From the NCBI GenBank assembly GCA_038850735.1, contig JAWCLO010000007.1, positions 31,447 through 95,446 on the forward strand: a DNA stretch of 64,000 nt, given 5' to 3'. Made by a program: the position numbers and the translations under genes. Positions 9,726-19,318 of this stretch are shown here, one piece after another. The DNA comes from Methanomassiliicoccales archaeon (lineage in GTDB: Archaea; Thermoplasmatota; Thermoplasmata; Methanomassiliicoccales; JACIVX01). Positions within the stretch are counted from its first letter, which is position 1. Every line of letters starts with the position of its first letter. The notes beneath the pieces are model-generated. The model made no database searches. It was not told the origin of the DNA and saw only the letters and a program-made list of their open reading frames with translations.

Positions 9726-10381
9726 GGATCGATTTGCATACCCACACCCTCCTGAGCGATGGTGAGTTGCTACCGATCGAGCTTGCCAGGCGTGCTGTGG
9801 CCAAGGGTCACAGTGCGCTTGCTGTCACAGATCACGTTTCTCTCTCTACAATGGAAAGGGTTATCAACGAAGTCAGAAGGGACTGCCGTTTGGCTTCAGA
9901 ATGGGACATTGAACTGATACTTGGCGTGGAACTTACACACATACCAGCATCAAAAATAGATGTTGCCGTCGTAGAAGCAAGGAGGCTCGGAGCACAGCTC
10001 ATCGTTGTTCACGGAGAGACAATAAGTGAACCAGTTGAACCTGGCACGAACAGAGTGGCTGTAAACAACCCTGAGGTAGACGTCCTTGCCCATCCCGGAC
10101 TGATCACAGTCGAAGAAGCGCAAATGGCGAAAGACAATGAAATTGTGCTTGAACTCACGTCTCGAAGTGCGCATGCATTGACAAATGGTCATGTGGCAAA
10201 GGTTGCGAAAGAAGTGGGAGCTAAGGTGGTTGTGAATACAGATGCGCACTACGCAAACGACCTGATTGACGAGGAGAGGGCGATTTTGGTCGCAATGGGT
10301 GCAGGGCTCGAGAGACAAGAGGCTGAAAAGGCGGTAAGAGAGATTCCTTCTCTGCTTATCAGGAGGCTGGGTTGGCGATGA
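9722..10381 (+). CDS. PHP-family metal-dependent phosphoesterase; candidate histidinol-phosphate phosphatase
   Basis: PHP motifs '[12 protein letters not shown]', 'AVTDH', 'VVHGE' and 'NTDAH'. ATGA overlaps on both sides (hisIE upstream, aspartokinase downstream). The specific substrate is inferred from context only. Confidence 0.6.
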   Translation: MRIDLHTHTLLSDGELLPIELARRAVAKGHSALAVTDHVSLSTMERVINEVRRDCRLASEWDIELILGVELTHIPASKIDVAVVEARRLGAQLIVVHGETISEPVEPGTNRVAVNNPEVDVLAHPGLITVEEAQMAKDNEIVLELTSRSAHALTNGHVAKVAKEVGAKVVVNTDAHYANDLIDEERAILVAMGAGLERQEAEKAVREIPSLLIRRLGWR

Positions 10382-11754
10382 AAGTCATGAAGTTCGGGGG
10401 AAGCTCGCTTGCTGATGCAAAATCTATGTTAGGAGTGGGCAAAATTATCGTCGGAGATCCAGAACCAAAGGCCGTTGTAGTTAGTGCAATACAGGGCATC
10501 ACTGATGCCATTGTATCTTTTGTCTCGCAGACGAGAAGAGACGAAGAAATTGAGGGTTTCATAAATCAACTGAAGGAAAGGCATTTGGCAATTCTTGGTG
10601 GAGTCGCTCGAGCCGTTGACGTGAAGCAAAGAGCGATAAGTCTTCTTCTCGAAAAAATAGCAAAACTTGAGAAGGTGTTGTACGGCATCAATTACTTGGA
10701 GGAGTTAACGCCCCGCTCGATGGATCTGGTACAAAGCTTTGGCGAGCGCTTTTCAGTCATCCTTGTTTCGGCAATGCTTCAAGATATGGGATTAAATGCT
10801 GTGCCCGTTGATGCCGACGAGCTTGGGATAATTGCCGTAGGCCCGTACGGAAACTCCATTGCTGATTTGCATGAGACGCAAAAGAGCGCAGCACCAAAAC
10901 TTATGGAGATGATTGGGAAGCAAGAGGTACCGATTATAACGGGTTTCTTTGGCAGGACCAAAGAAGGCCATGTCGCCGTTTTCGGAAGAAATGGTAGCGA
11001 TTACAGTGCTAGCGTTGTGGCAAATGTAATCGGTGCCAAAACGCTCGAAATCTGGAAAGATGTTGATGGTTTTATGAGCGTTGATCCAAAATTTGTCCCG
11101 GACGCTGTGATGATAGAAAATCTTTCCTACGACGAAGCTGCTGAGTTATCATATTTTGGCGCCAAGGTGCTGCACCCAAGAACTGTTGAACCGGCACGTG
11201 AGAAGAATATCGTTATTAAAGTAAGAAACGTATTCAAGCCAGAAAAAGAGGGGACGACCATCAGACCAAGCGGTATTGAAAGAGCTGGAACTATAAAGAG
11301 CATATCTTACATGAAGGATATGGCTGTCATAAAAGTCTACGGTGCTGGAGCTGCACACAAGTTTGGAATTCTTTCGAGCATTTCTCAAAAATTGAGCGAG
11401 GCGGGCGTGAATATATTTTCGATCGCGACATCTCAAACCTGCATTGCTATGCTTGTGGATAAAAAATCGCTAGGTCGAGCAGAAAAAGCCCTCGAACATC
11501 TCGAACCGGGACTTGTAGATCATATCGAAACAACTGATGATATCGCGCTGCTCTGCGTTGTTGGTGAGGGACTAGGTTACCGAAAGGGAATCGCTGCGAG
11601 AGTTTTCACTGCTGTATCGAAGGAGGGTGTGAGCATCGGAATGATTTCCGCTGGTGCTTCAATGGTTGCATACCACTTCACAGTCGACACAAAAGATCTT
11701 CAGAAGACGATAAGAGCGATTCATGAAGAATTTTTCGGAGGGAAACATGAATAG
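10378..11754 (+). CDS. aspartate kinase with C-terminal ACT domains
   Basis: 'MKFGGSSLAD', 'GRNGSDYSA' and 'SYDEAAELSYFGAKVLHP', with two ACT-like repeats at the C-terminus. ATG 10378 overlaps the PHP-gene stop (ATGA). Confidence 0.9.
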   Translation: MKVMKFGGSSLADAKSMLGVGKIIVGDPEPKAVVVSAIQGITDAIVSFVSQTRRDEEIEGFINQLKERHLAILGGVARAVDVKQRAISLLLEKIAKLEKVLYGINYLEELTPRSMDLVQSFGERFSVILVSAMLQDMGLNAVPVDADELGIIAVGPYGNSIADLHETQKSAAPKLMEMIGKQEVPIITGFFGRTKEGHVAVFGRNGSDYSASVVANVIGAKTLEIWKDVDGFMSVDPKFVPDAVMIENLSYDEAAELSYFGAKVLHPRTVEPAREKNIVIKVRNVFKPEKEGTTIRPSGIERAGTIKSISYMKDMAVIKVYGAGAAHKFGILSSISQKLSEAGVNIFSIATSQTCIAMLVDKKSLGRAEKALEHLEPGLVDHIETTDDIALLCVVGEGLGYRKGIAARVFTAVSKEGVSIGMISAGASMVAYHFTVDTKDLQKTIRAIHEEFFGGKHE

Positions 11755-12595
11755 CAGGAGCACGAGAAAGAAGGTTGCGTTCCAGGGTATTAAAGGTGCA
11801 TACAGCGAAGATGCCGTGTATAAGTTTTTTGGGGAGGGCATAAAGACCCTACCGTGCCCTGAGTTCGAAGACGTTTTCGAAGCTGTTAATAAAGGAGAGG
11901 CAAGCCACGGAGTTGTTCCCGTTGAGAACTCGATCGAAGGGAGCGTTACGAAGGTCAACGACCTTCTGCTGGAAAACGATCTCACAATCGTTGGGGAAAT
12001 CATCCTGTTGATTCGCCACTGCCTCATCGGTCATCCAGATGCTAGCATTGAAGACGTGCAAAGAGTTTATAGCCACCCCCAAGCCCTTGGCCAATGTAGA
12101 AGCTTTCTTGCTCGCTTTCCTCATTGGGAGAAGATTCCATCTTTCGATACGGCGGGCAGCGTTGAGATCGTAAAAAAGCGCGGGTTGAAGGAAGAGGCTG
12201 CTATTGCAAGCGCGAGGGCTGCTGAAGAATACGGAATGAAGATCCTAAAAGAAGGTATTCAAAATAGCCATAACAACTATACGAGATTCTTCATCATCGA
12301 GAAGACCGCTACATTGAATCCCTCTGGGGACAAAACGTCACTTGTGTTTGCTACGAAGAATGTGCCTGGAGCCCTTCATTATTGTCTCGGCGCCTTTGCA
12401 GATCATAACGTAAATATGCTAAAGCTGGAATCGCGACCTAGAAGAGATAAACCGTGGGAATATGTCTTCTATGTGGATATTGAAGGGCACTTCGATGACC
12501 AGAATGTTAAATCTGCGTTGACGGAACTCATGAGGCGGGCTTCATTCCTTAAAGTGCTCGGATCGTACAAGAGAGCTGAGGTACCAACCGAGTAG
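11747..12595 (+). CDS. pheA: prephenate dehydratase with ACT domain
   Basis: 'VAFQGIKGAYSE', 'ENSIEGSV', 'NYTRFFII' and 'LESRPRR'. ATG 11747 lies 5 nt after GGAGG and overlaps the aspartokinase 3' end by 8 nt. Confidence 0.88.
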   Translation: MNSRSTRKKVAFQGIKGAYSEDAVYKFFGEGIKTLPCPEFEDVFEAVNKGEASHGVVPVENSIEGSVTKVNDLLLENDLTIVGEIILLIRHCLIGHPDASIEDVQRVYSHPQALGQCRSFLARFPHWEKIPSFDTAGSVEIVKKRGLKEEAAIASARAAEEYGMKILKEGIQNSHNNYTRFFIIEKTATLNPSGDKTSLVFATKNVPGALHYCLGAFADHNVNMLKLESRPRRDKPWEYVFYVDIEGHFDDQNVKSALTELMRRASFLKVLGSYKRAEVPTE

Positions 12596-13669
12596 TTAAC
12601 AACGCAAAAAATCCAGCAACTTCGAGATATTCTCAAGTCCTGCAGCAAGAGTCTCTCGATCGCAGCTAAATGTCACTCTGATATGGCCTTCAGCCCCAAA
12701 GTATCGACCAGGACATACTGCAGTGGAATAATTGTGGAGTAGTTGCTCGCTGAACTTCAAATCGTCAATTTTAGGCGGTAGTTTCAACAAAATCATGAAT
12801 CCGCCGTCTGGCAGTGTTGCTTCAACTCTAGTTTCCCTCTCGAGCCATTCCTTCAGGGTTCTAAGATTTTTCTGCGCGAGTGATATCATCCTATCTCGGA
12901 ACCATTCCCTTTTCCTGATTGCATCGATGGCGATCGCAACAGATCTGCGAGGCAGCCGGTAGCACATATAAAGCCGAAGAAGGTTGATCTTCGAAATAAG
13001 TTCATGCGGTCCCACAACCCAGCCTAACCTCAAATCACCGAGACCATAGAGCTTTGTAAGGCCGTATGTTGATACCGCGTCGTATTCTAATTCCGCAATA
13101 GAAGGAGGTGGTTTCGAATAATGCATCTCTCTGTAAATTTCGTCACAAATGATGCGTATACCCTGTCGAGCCGCGATCTCAAGAAGAAATTTCAATTCGT
13201 CGCTGCCAAGCGCCTTCCCGCTGGGATTGTGAAGATTTGTCAGAACTATGGCTCGAGCTCCCTCCTTTGCGCATTGTATAATTTTGTCGGATTCCATGCG
13301 AAAATCGCTAGGTGTCGCTCTTATCAAGTCGACAATCCGTGCGAATGAGGCGGCAACCGCTCTAATTGGCATATATGTAGGAATTTCCACGCCTATGAGT
13401 TCTTTCGAACTGAAGAGGGTACTAAAGACCAGATAGTTAGCATGCTGGACACCAAATGTTAATGCAATCCTTTCCCTCTCAAATCTGTACACACTGGCAA
13501 TAGTATCGATGAGCTTTTCCTCAATTTCATAATCCTCCTCCATCAAAATATCTATGGAAGGATTGAAGCCGTCTCCATAGGGAGGGGGGGAGCCGCTTCG
13601 ATCGAGATCAATTCTTGCCCCTCTGCATCGAATTAGCCACTCCTCCAGATCTAAAGGAGGAAGATTCAA
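12596..13669 (-). CDS. class I/II PLP-dependent aminotransferase (substrate unknown)
   Basis: 'NLHNPSGK', 'DEIYREM' and a putative PLP-Lys in 'YGLTKLYGLGDLRLGW'. Its stop codon directly abuts the pheA stop. Confidence 0.75.
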   Translation of the reverse strand: MNLPPLDLEEWLIRCRGARIDLDRSGSPPPYGDGFNPSIDILMEEDYEIEEKLIDTIASVYRFERERIALTFGVQHANYLVFSTLFSSKELIGVEIPTYMPIRAVAASFARIVDLIRATPSDFRMESDKIIQCAKEGARAIVLTNLHNPSGKALGSDELKFLLEIAARQGIRIICDEIYREMHYSKPPPSIAELEYDAVSTYGLTKLYGLGDLRLGWVVGPHELISKINLLRLYMCYRLPRRSVAIAIDAIRKREWFRDRMISLAQKNLRTLKEWLERETRVEATLPDGGFMILLKLPPKIDDLKFSEQLLHNYSTAVCPGRYFGAEGHIRVTFSCDRETLAAGLENISKLLDFLRC

Positions 13670-13670
13670 A

Positions 13671-14219
13671 CTACCTCCTCCAAATCACTTCACCAGGCAG
13701 CCTAAACTCGCCGCCCCAGTATAAAAGACCTTTGTCTCGCGTGTACTCCTTAGACGCCTCTGCGTGCACGACTTCGCCGAAAAACCAGGTCCTATCTCCT
13801 ATGTCAAAGGATCCCGACTTCTTACACTCGATGTTAACAAGACACTCACCAATGCAAGGCGCTGATATTTTCTTACCTTTGAGGGGGGTGAGTCCCGTTT
13901 CCTTAAATTTATCAACATCCTTTCCAGACTTCGTACCACAATACATCACTTCTTTGATGAGATCTTTGCCAGGAATATTGACAGAAAAACTCTCGCATTC
14001 CTTTAGCAATCTATGACTGTGCCTGCTGGGCATAATACCGATTCCGACTATAGGGGGCTTGAGAGACATGGCGTGGACAATTCCCACAGTGATGATGTTC
14101 CTCTCACCGTCGCCAACCGCCACTAGGGCAACGGGAAAAGCCGGAAATGCCTTTATCGCATCGCCCGTACTTAATTCAATTTTTTCATGCATCCAACTAT
14201 ACCTCCGATGAAAAATCAC
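13671..14219 (-). CDS. flavin reductase-like / flavoredoxin-like FMN-binding protein (paralog 1)
   Basis: 'PVALVAVGDGERNIITVGIVH', 'GDRTWFFGEVVH'. One nt separates it from the downstream aminotransferase start. Confidence 0.7.
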   Translation of the reverse strand: MIFHRRYSWMHEKIELSTGDAIKAFPAFPVALVAVGDGERNIITVGIVHAMSLKPPIVGIGIMPSRHSHRLLKECESFSVNIPGKDLIKEVMYCGTKSGKDVDKFKETGLTPLKGKKISAPCIGECLVNIECKKSGSFDIGDRTWFFGEVVHAEASKEYTRDKGLLYWGGEFRLPGEVIWRR

Positions 14220-14491
14220 ATTTCTGCTTCAAAAAGGCTTTCATCGTTTAATACTCAAGCAGGCTAATATAGATCGGAATCTGGATTATGCTTGAATCAT
14301 GCGAAAACTGGCTGTACATTGTTGCAATGGCCGACGAGCATATGCGGAGAGCCCGACGTTTTAAATCACCTCATTTGAGGTTGGAACTACCACTTGGAAG
14401 GGATAAATAAAGTGAAAATTCGTGGCAATTGATCATAATATTAATCATCTTGAATTTCATGCCAATAATTCAATTCATAATGGTGATCAAG

Positions 14492-15280
14492 ATGAACGAG
14501 GCGAAAATTGCCATCATTGGTGGAACGGGCGTTTATGAGGAAAACCTTTTCGAAATCACTAAAAGTCTCAAAATGGGCACACCTTACGGTGCTCCTTCGG
14601 ATGAAATTCTGATCGGTGATTTATCTGGAATTAGAGTCGCTTTTCTTTCCAGGCATGGGAAAGGGCACATTTACCCGCCTCACAAAGTCAACTATCGTGC
14701 GAATATTTGGGCTTTGAAAGAACTTGGCGTTGAGAGAGTTATATCACCTTGCGCCGTAGGCTCCCTCAGAGAGGATTACAGACCAGGGGAGATCGTAATC
14801 GTTGATCAATTCATCGATTTTACAAAGAAAAGAGAATACACATTCTATGATGGTGGGAAGACGATTCACATAAGTTCAGCTGATCCTTTTTGCCAGGAAT
14901 TGCGACAAATATTTACTGCAGAAGCGCACGAGCAGGGAATATCGTTCAAATCCAGTGGCACATACGTGTGCATAGAGGGGCCTCGCTTTTCTACTAGAGC
15001 TGAGAGCAGGATGTTTCGAAATTTCGCCGATATAATTGGAATGACATTGGTTCCAGAATGCCAGCTTGCTAGAGAAATGGAAATGTGCTATGTTAGCCTG
15101 GCGATGATCACCGATTACGACGTTTGGGCAGATAGGCCAGTTGATACTAGGACTGTACTTAAAACGATGGAAGAGAACATTGATAAGATTAGGAAACTTA
15201 TAACTGGAGCGCTTCCCAAAATACCCGAGCAGAGGACAAAATGTACCTGCTCCCATGTGTTAGAAGAAGCAGGTGCCTAA
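14492..15280 (+). CDS. mtnP: S-methyl-5'-thioadenosine phosphorylase
   Basis: '[11 protein letters not shown]', 'FLSRHGKGH' and 'IIGMTLVPE'. I prefer the start at '[11 protein letters not shown]' over the ORF-track 14429, whose extra 21 aa are Ile-rich and AT-driven. Confidence 0.85.
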   Translation: MNEAKIAIIGGTGVYEENLFEITKSLKMGTPYGAPSDEILIGDLSGIRVAFLSRHGKGHIYPPHKVNYRANIWALKELGVERVISPCAVGSLREDYRPGEIVIVDQFIDFTKKREYTFYDGGKTIHISSADPFCQELRQIFTAEAHEQGISFKSSGTYVCIEGPRFSTRAESRMFRNFADIIGMTLVPECQLAREMEMCYVSLAMITDYDVWADRPVDTRTVLKTMEENIDKIRKLITGALPKIPEQRTKCTCSHVLEEAGA

Positions 15281-15361
15281 AAAAAGTATCGGGTGCGGAT
15301 TGGCTGTCATAAACAGATGAGCGCCTACAGAGGCTAAATGCCTGATATGCTTCTTAATATT

Positions 15362-15895
15362 TTATTTAGAAATTTCTAGTTCTTCCCCAATCGACCAGAA
15401 TAAACCGTCCCTGTGTAGTAATGCGAATTTCTGATCATATGAAGCAGGTGCGTCACCATGAACGATTTGTCCGAAAAACCATATGTGATCTCCCTTTTCC
15501 ATAGAATCAATCTTCTTGCATTCCACATTAAGAATGCATTCTTTGATCTTAGGAGACTTAATTCTAGAACCAGGAAGAGGAGTAAGTCCGCATTTCTCGA
15601 ACTTATTTACTTTGCTTCCTGATATCGAGCCACAGCAGATGACCCTACTGAGAATCTCCTGTGTTGGAAAATTTACCGAGAAATCATCGTTTTCTTCGAG
15701 AAGTTTATAACTGTAGCGTGCTGCCGTTACTCCGATTCCAATTATCGGCGGTCTTTGAGAAAATAGATTAACCATTCCGACGGTAATAATATCTGGATTA
15801 ACTTCGCCAACGACAACCAGGGCGACCGGTGATGGTGGAAGCATGCTCATCGTTTCGAGCGCACCTCTACTGATCTTGTTTTCATTTGAAATCAT
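15362..15895 (-). CDS. flavin reductase-like / flavoredoxin-like FMN-binding protein (paralog 2)
   Basis: Alignable by eye over its whole length with 13671..14219 ('PVALVVVGEVNPDIITVGMV', 'GDHIWFFGQIVH'). Confidence 0.7.
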   Translation of the reverse strand: MISNENKISRGALETMSMLPPSPVALVVVGEVNPDIITVGMVNLFSQRPPIIGIGVTAARYSYKLLEENDDFSVNFPTQEILSRVICCGSISGSKVNKFEKCGLTPLPGSRIKSPKIKECILNVECKKIDSMEKGDHIWFFGQIVHGDAPASYDQKFALLHRDGLFWSIGEELEISK

Positions 15896-16786
15896 ATAAT
15901 TCGAGAATATGATTTGACCTTTTGGAATATATATGTTCCCACTCGGCCGCTTTTTATCTAAAATGTTTTCTCAAAACTTCAATATAATGCATAATTAAGA
16001 TAGAACCGGCTTGGAAATAAACATGATTTAAGACAACTTCATAATTTCATTTGATTGATAACAAAATGAGCCACTTTACTAATCTCTGGCCAGTTCAAGA
16101 TATTCATCGGTAGCGAACAAATCGAACAACCGACCGGAGTTTCCAGTCTTTACAACGCTATGCATACCGCTCCGTAAGGCAATTCATTTTGTAACTTCGG
16201 GAATTCCCCAATATCTTCATTTGAATTAGCCAACTCGCTAGTTATCCCAGATATGCTCTTGACACTCCCCCATCATTGCATCTGCATCAACCTTGCAAAC
16301 GACGAGTCCAATCTAGGTAGGTCCTGCCTAAAGAATATCTTCAAGATTACTTTTGTAGCAATTCCTTAATCCAAGCGTGGCAAAATTTTATTTCATTCAC
16401 ACCACTTGTACCACGATGTTATACATTAAATCATAAGGCGCGACATTTATAACATCCAGCATTTCGAGATATTTAGATTCCTTTTCAGATAGATTTATGA
16501 GAAAAAATTCGCACAGAAAAAAGCATAGACTCATCAATTTTATGCATTATTACGCACTTTGCTATCAGAATGTTTGGAACTTCCTGGTAACAAAAGAATG
16601 TTGCAGTTTCAACACTTTAATTCATATGATTACCTCGTCTCTGAGCATGTTAAATGATATTCTTTGTGACAATGTGTCAAAATAAAGATGAGACTTTTTT
16701 GTACCATGCATGCGATTATAAAATATAAATGAGGATTTTTTTCCCCATATTAAGAGAACGATGAGGTTCCGATAATTGTTTATAAT
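15896..16786. other. 0.9 kb ORF-poor AT-rich spacer containing decayed coding remnants
   Basis: No credible ORF on either strand. Minus-strand translation of about 16040-16560 gives protein-like stretches (e.g. 'IGLVVCKVDADAMMGECQEHIWDN*', 'ELANSNEDIGEFPKLQNELPYGAVCIAL*') broken by stops and frame changes. Confidence 0.4.
16779..16786 (+). promoter_or_regulatory. TATA-box-like element upstream of hypF
   Basis: 'TTTATAAT' is centred about 35 nt upstream of ATG 16817. This implies a very short leader and argues against the ORF-track start 16787. Confidence 0.4.
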
Positions 16787-16816
16787 ATGTGCTTCCTGCG
16801 TGTTGATCTGAATCAG

Positions 16817-19006
16817 ATGCGCATCATCATACGCGGGATCGTGCAAGGTGTCGGTTTCAGACCAACTATATACAGGATCGCAAATGCTCTAGGAATAAGA
16901 GGCTATGTCCAGAATAATGGGTCTCACGTTGCCATAGAGGTCAACAAAGACGGCGTGAAGTTGATAGAAGAATTGAAGAAGCAGCTTCCGCCGATATCAC
17001 GCATTGAATCGATCGAAATTATAGAAAGCCTCGAACAGGAAGAGAAATTACCTTTGGGATTCGAGATAAGAGCTAGCACAGAGGGACATACTGGCATTTC
17101 AATTCCTGTCGACACTGGAGTTTGTGATGAGTGTCTTAAAGAAATTTTCGAAAAGGATAATAGGCGCTATCTCTACCCTTTCACTAATTGTACGGTGTGC
17201 GGGGCTAGATTCACAGTGACAACAGAGACGCCTTACGACAGAGTAAACACTTCTATGGCATCGTTCCCAATGTGCAAGGACTGCCGAGAAGAATATGAAA
17301 ATCCTAAAAACAGAAGATTTCATCATCAAACTATTGCCTGTCCAGTCTGTGGCCCTCAATATTTTTTCGTTAATGAAGATAAAAAGTTTGTTTACAATAA
17401 CCCGATAAGAGAATTTGCAGAAAGACTCCATAAGGGTGCCATTGGCGTGGCAAAAAGTTGGGGTGGAATGCATATATGCTGCACTCTAGAAACGCTACCA
17501 AGACTGCGTGAATGGTATCATCGGAAGGAAAAGCCTTTTGCGGTAATGTTTAAAGATCTCAATGCAGTCAAGAAACTTGCTGAGCCAACATCATTGGAGG
17601 AACAGTTGCTGACATCACGGAATAGACCGATCGTTCTGGTGAAAAAAAAGGACGTCGATATTAATGAGATCATTGCACCAGGTCTCGGAAATATTGGTGC
17701 TTATCTTCCCTACACCGGAATGCATCATATTCTTTTCTCTTTCCTAGAGGAGGATGCTCTTGTTATGACATCCGCAAACGCACCTGGCGAACCTATGATC
17801 CTCAACGACGATGACGTATTCTCATTAAGAGCTGATTGCTACCTGCTACACAACCGACAAATCATTAATCGTTGTGATGACTCCGTTCTTAGGACATTCA
17901 ACGATAAGATATTCTTTATTCGAAAATCGCGGGGTTTTATCCCCACGTATATAAGCTATCCTATAAAGGGTACGGCAATTGGGCTAGGAGCACAGGAGAA
18001 TATCAGCGGATCGTTGGCATTTCAAGATAGAGTTTATCAAACACAGTACATAGGAGATGGAAATTCATTTGGTACCCTTGAGTTTCTCGAGTCTGCTATT
18101 GAATTCCAGAAGAGATTGCTCGGAGTTGATAGAGTAGAAGCCATAGGCATAGACAAACATCCGCGGTATTCAACGCGGAAGCTTGGAAAAGACATAGCGA
18201 ATACTATTGGCGCCCAGATTTTCGAGATCCAGCACCATCACGCCCACGCAGTTTCTCTTCTCGCAGACGCAGCTCTTGACCAGATCGTAGCTCTGACCCT
18301 CGACGGCACAGGATATGGAGAGGACGGAAATTCGTGGGGTGGTGAAGTCATCTTTTCTACCCCCTCAGAATATGAAAGACTAGGACATCTCGAAGAAATA
18401 CCGTTGATTGGTGGCGATGCTGCCGTAAGAGATCCCAGAAGAATTGTATTTGCATTATGCGAATTATCCAATCTGGAAAGTCCTTTTTTCAATACGAAAG
18501 AAATTGATATACTGAGAAAAGCGCTGAAGTCAGCGCCCCGAACAACCAGCTTTGGAAGAATACTTGACGCGCTCTCATGTTTCTTTGGAATTTGCTCTGC
18601 GAGAACATATGAAGGCGAGCCTGCGATTAAATTGGAGAGAATCCTGGAAGCTGGAAAGAGAGAATTTGATTTTCACGCGGAGAGGGACGGGAATATAGTA
18701 AAATCAGTACCACTATTTAAGCAGCTCATTATTTCGAAAGGTAAGGCCAATGATAGGATTTTCAGCTTTGTATATGCTCTTTTGGAAAGTCTCGTTGAAA
18801 TCGCAGTAGAGGGTGCGAGAGAATACGGTGTTAATAAAATAGGGATTACTGGGGGCGTTTCGTACAATTATACAATTTCTTCTTTAGTAAAGGAACTTGT
18901 CGAATCAAAAGGATTTGAATTTGTGTGCCATAATACGATACCAAACGGAGATGGAGGAATATCAGCAGGACAGTGTATCATTGCATCTCACAAAGTAAGG
19001 GAGTAA
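16817..19006 (+). CDS. hypF: [NiFe]-hydrogenase maturation carbamoyltransferase HypF
   Basis: Acylphosphatase domain ('GIVQGVGFRP') and two zinc-finger pairs ('CDECLKE...CTVCGARF', 'CKDCREE...CPVCGPQY'). These are followed by a YrdC-like and a Kae1-like C-terminal domain ('GITGGVSYN'). Confidence 0.92.
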   Translation: MRIIIRGIVQGVGFRPTIYRIANALGIRGYVQNNGSHVAIEVNKDGVKLIEELKKQLPPISRIESIEIIESLEQEEKLPLGFEIRASTEGHTGISIPVDTGVCDECLKEIFEKDNRRYLYPFTNCTVCGARFTVTTETPYDRVNTSMASFPMCKDCREEYENPKNRRFHHQTIACPVCGPQYFFVNEDKKFVYNNPIREFAERLHKGAIGVAKSWGGMHICCTLETLPRLREWYHRKEKPFAVMFKDLNAVKKLAEPTSLEEQLLTSRNRPIVLVKKKDVDINEIIAPGLGNIGAYLPYTGMHHILFSFLEEDALVMTSANAPGEPMILNDDDVFSLRADCYLLHNRQIINRCDDSVLRTFNDKIFFIRKSRGFIPTYISYPIKGTAIGLGAQENISGSLAFQDRVYQTQYIGDGNSFGTLEFLESAIEFQKRLLGVDRVEAIGIDKHPRYSTRKLGKDIANTIGAQIFEIQHHHAHAVSLLADAALDQIVALTLDGTGYGEDGNSWGGEVIFSTPSEYERLGHLEEIPLIGGDAAVRDPRRIVFALCELSNLESPFFNTKEIDILRKALKSAPRTTSFGRILDALSCFFGICSARTYEGEPAIKLERILEAGKREFDFHAERDGNIVKSVPLFKQLIISKGKANDRIFSFVYALLESLVEIAVEGAREYGVNKIGITGGVSYNYTISSLVKELVESKGFEFVCHNTIPNGDGGISAGQCIIASHKVRE

Positions 19007-19318
19007 GCGACCAGCCTAAGGGAAGCTCCCATTTCAAATGAGAATTGGAGTATATGCAACTTTTCGCGGAAACGAAACTTTTTAATTAATATGAAGTCGA
19101 TCAAAAAAGTGAAGCCAAGAGTTCAATTGCCGGTATTTTCATAAATCATTTATGCCTAGAAACTGAAAGGAACGTTGAAGTCAATCGGCAAAATGCACGA
19201 AGGGGAAGTAATTTGGTTTAAGAAATACAAAAGGTTTACAATTCGATGTCAAGAATGTTTCCAGCGAATCAAGAGGTATCCCGATAAATAATAATAAAGT
19301 TGGAATCAATGAAGTTTC

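Noticed and set aside
13584-13590. G7 homopolymer inside the aminotransferase gene as a possible slippage/phase-variation site
   Set aside because: The tract encodes an in-frame Pro-Pro-Pro ('SGSPPPYGDG') in an intact ORF. There is no evidence of frameshift, and phase variation is not an established mechanism in this context.
19062-19269. Possible replication-origin ORB-like elements. TTCGCGGAAACGAAAC (19062-79) and inverted TTCGCTGGAAAC (19256-69) flank an AT-rich stretch, and CTGGAAAC also occurs at 16136-48 (minus strand).
   Set aside because: Similarity to the archaeal ORB core (…CCAGTGGAAAC…) is only 8-11 nt. The copies are imperfect, there is no longer repeated ORB unit, and no orc1/cdc6 gene is nearby. 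Matches of this length are expected by chance in 64 kb. A Z-curve/GC-skew analysis and an Orc1 ChIP would be needed to revive this.
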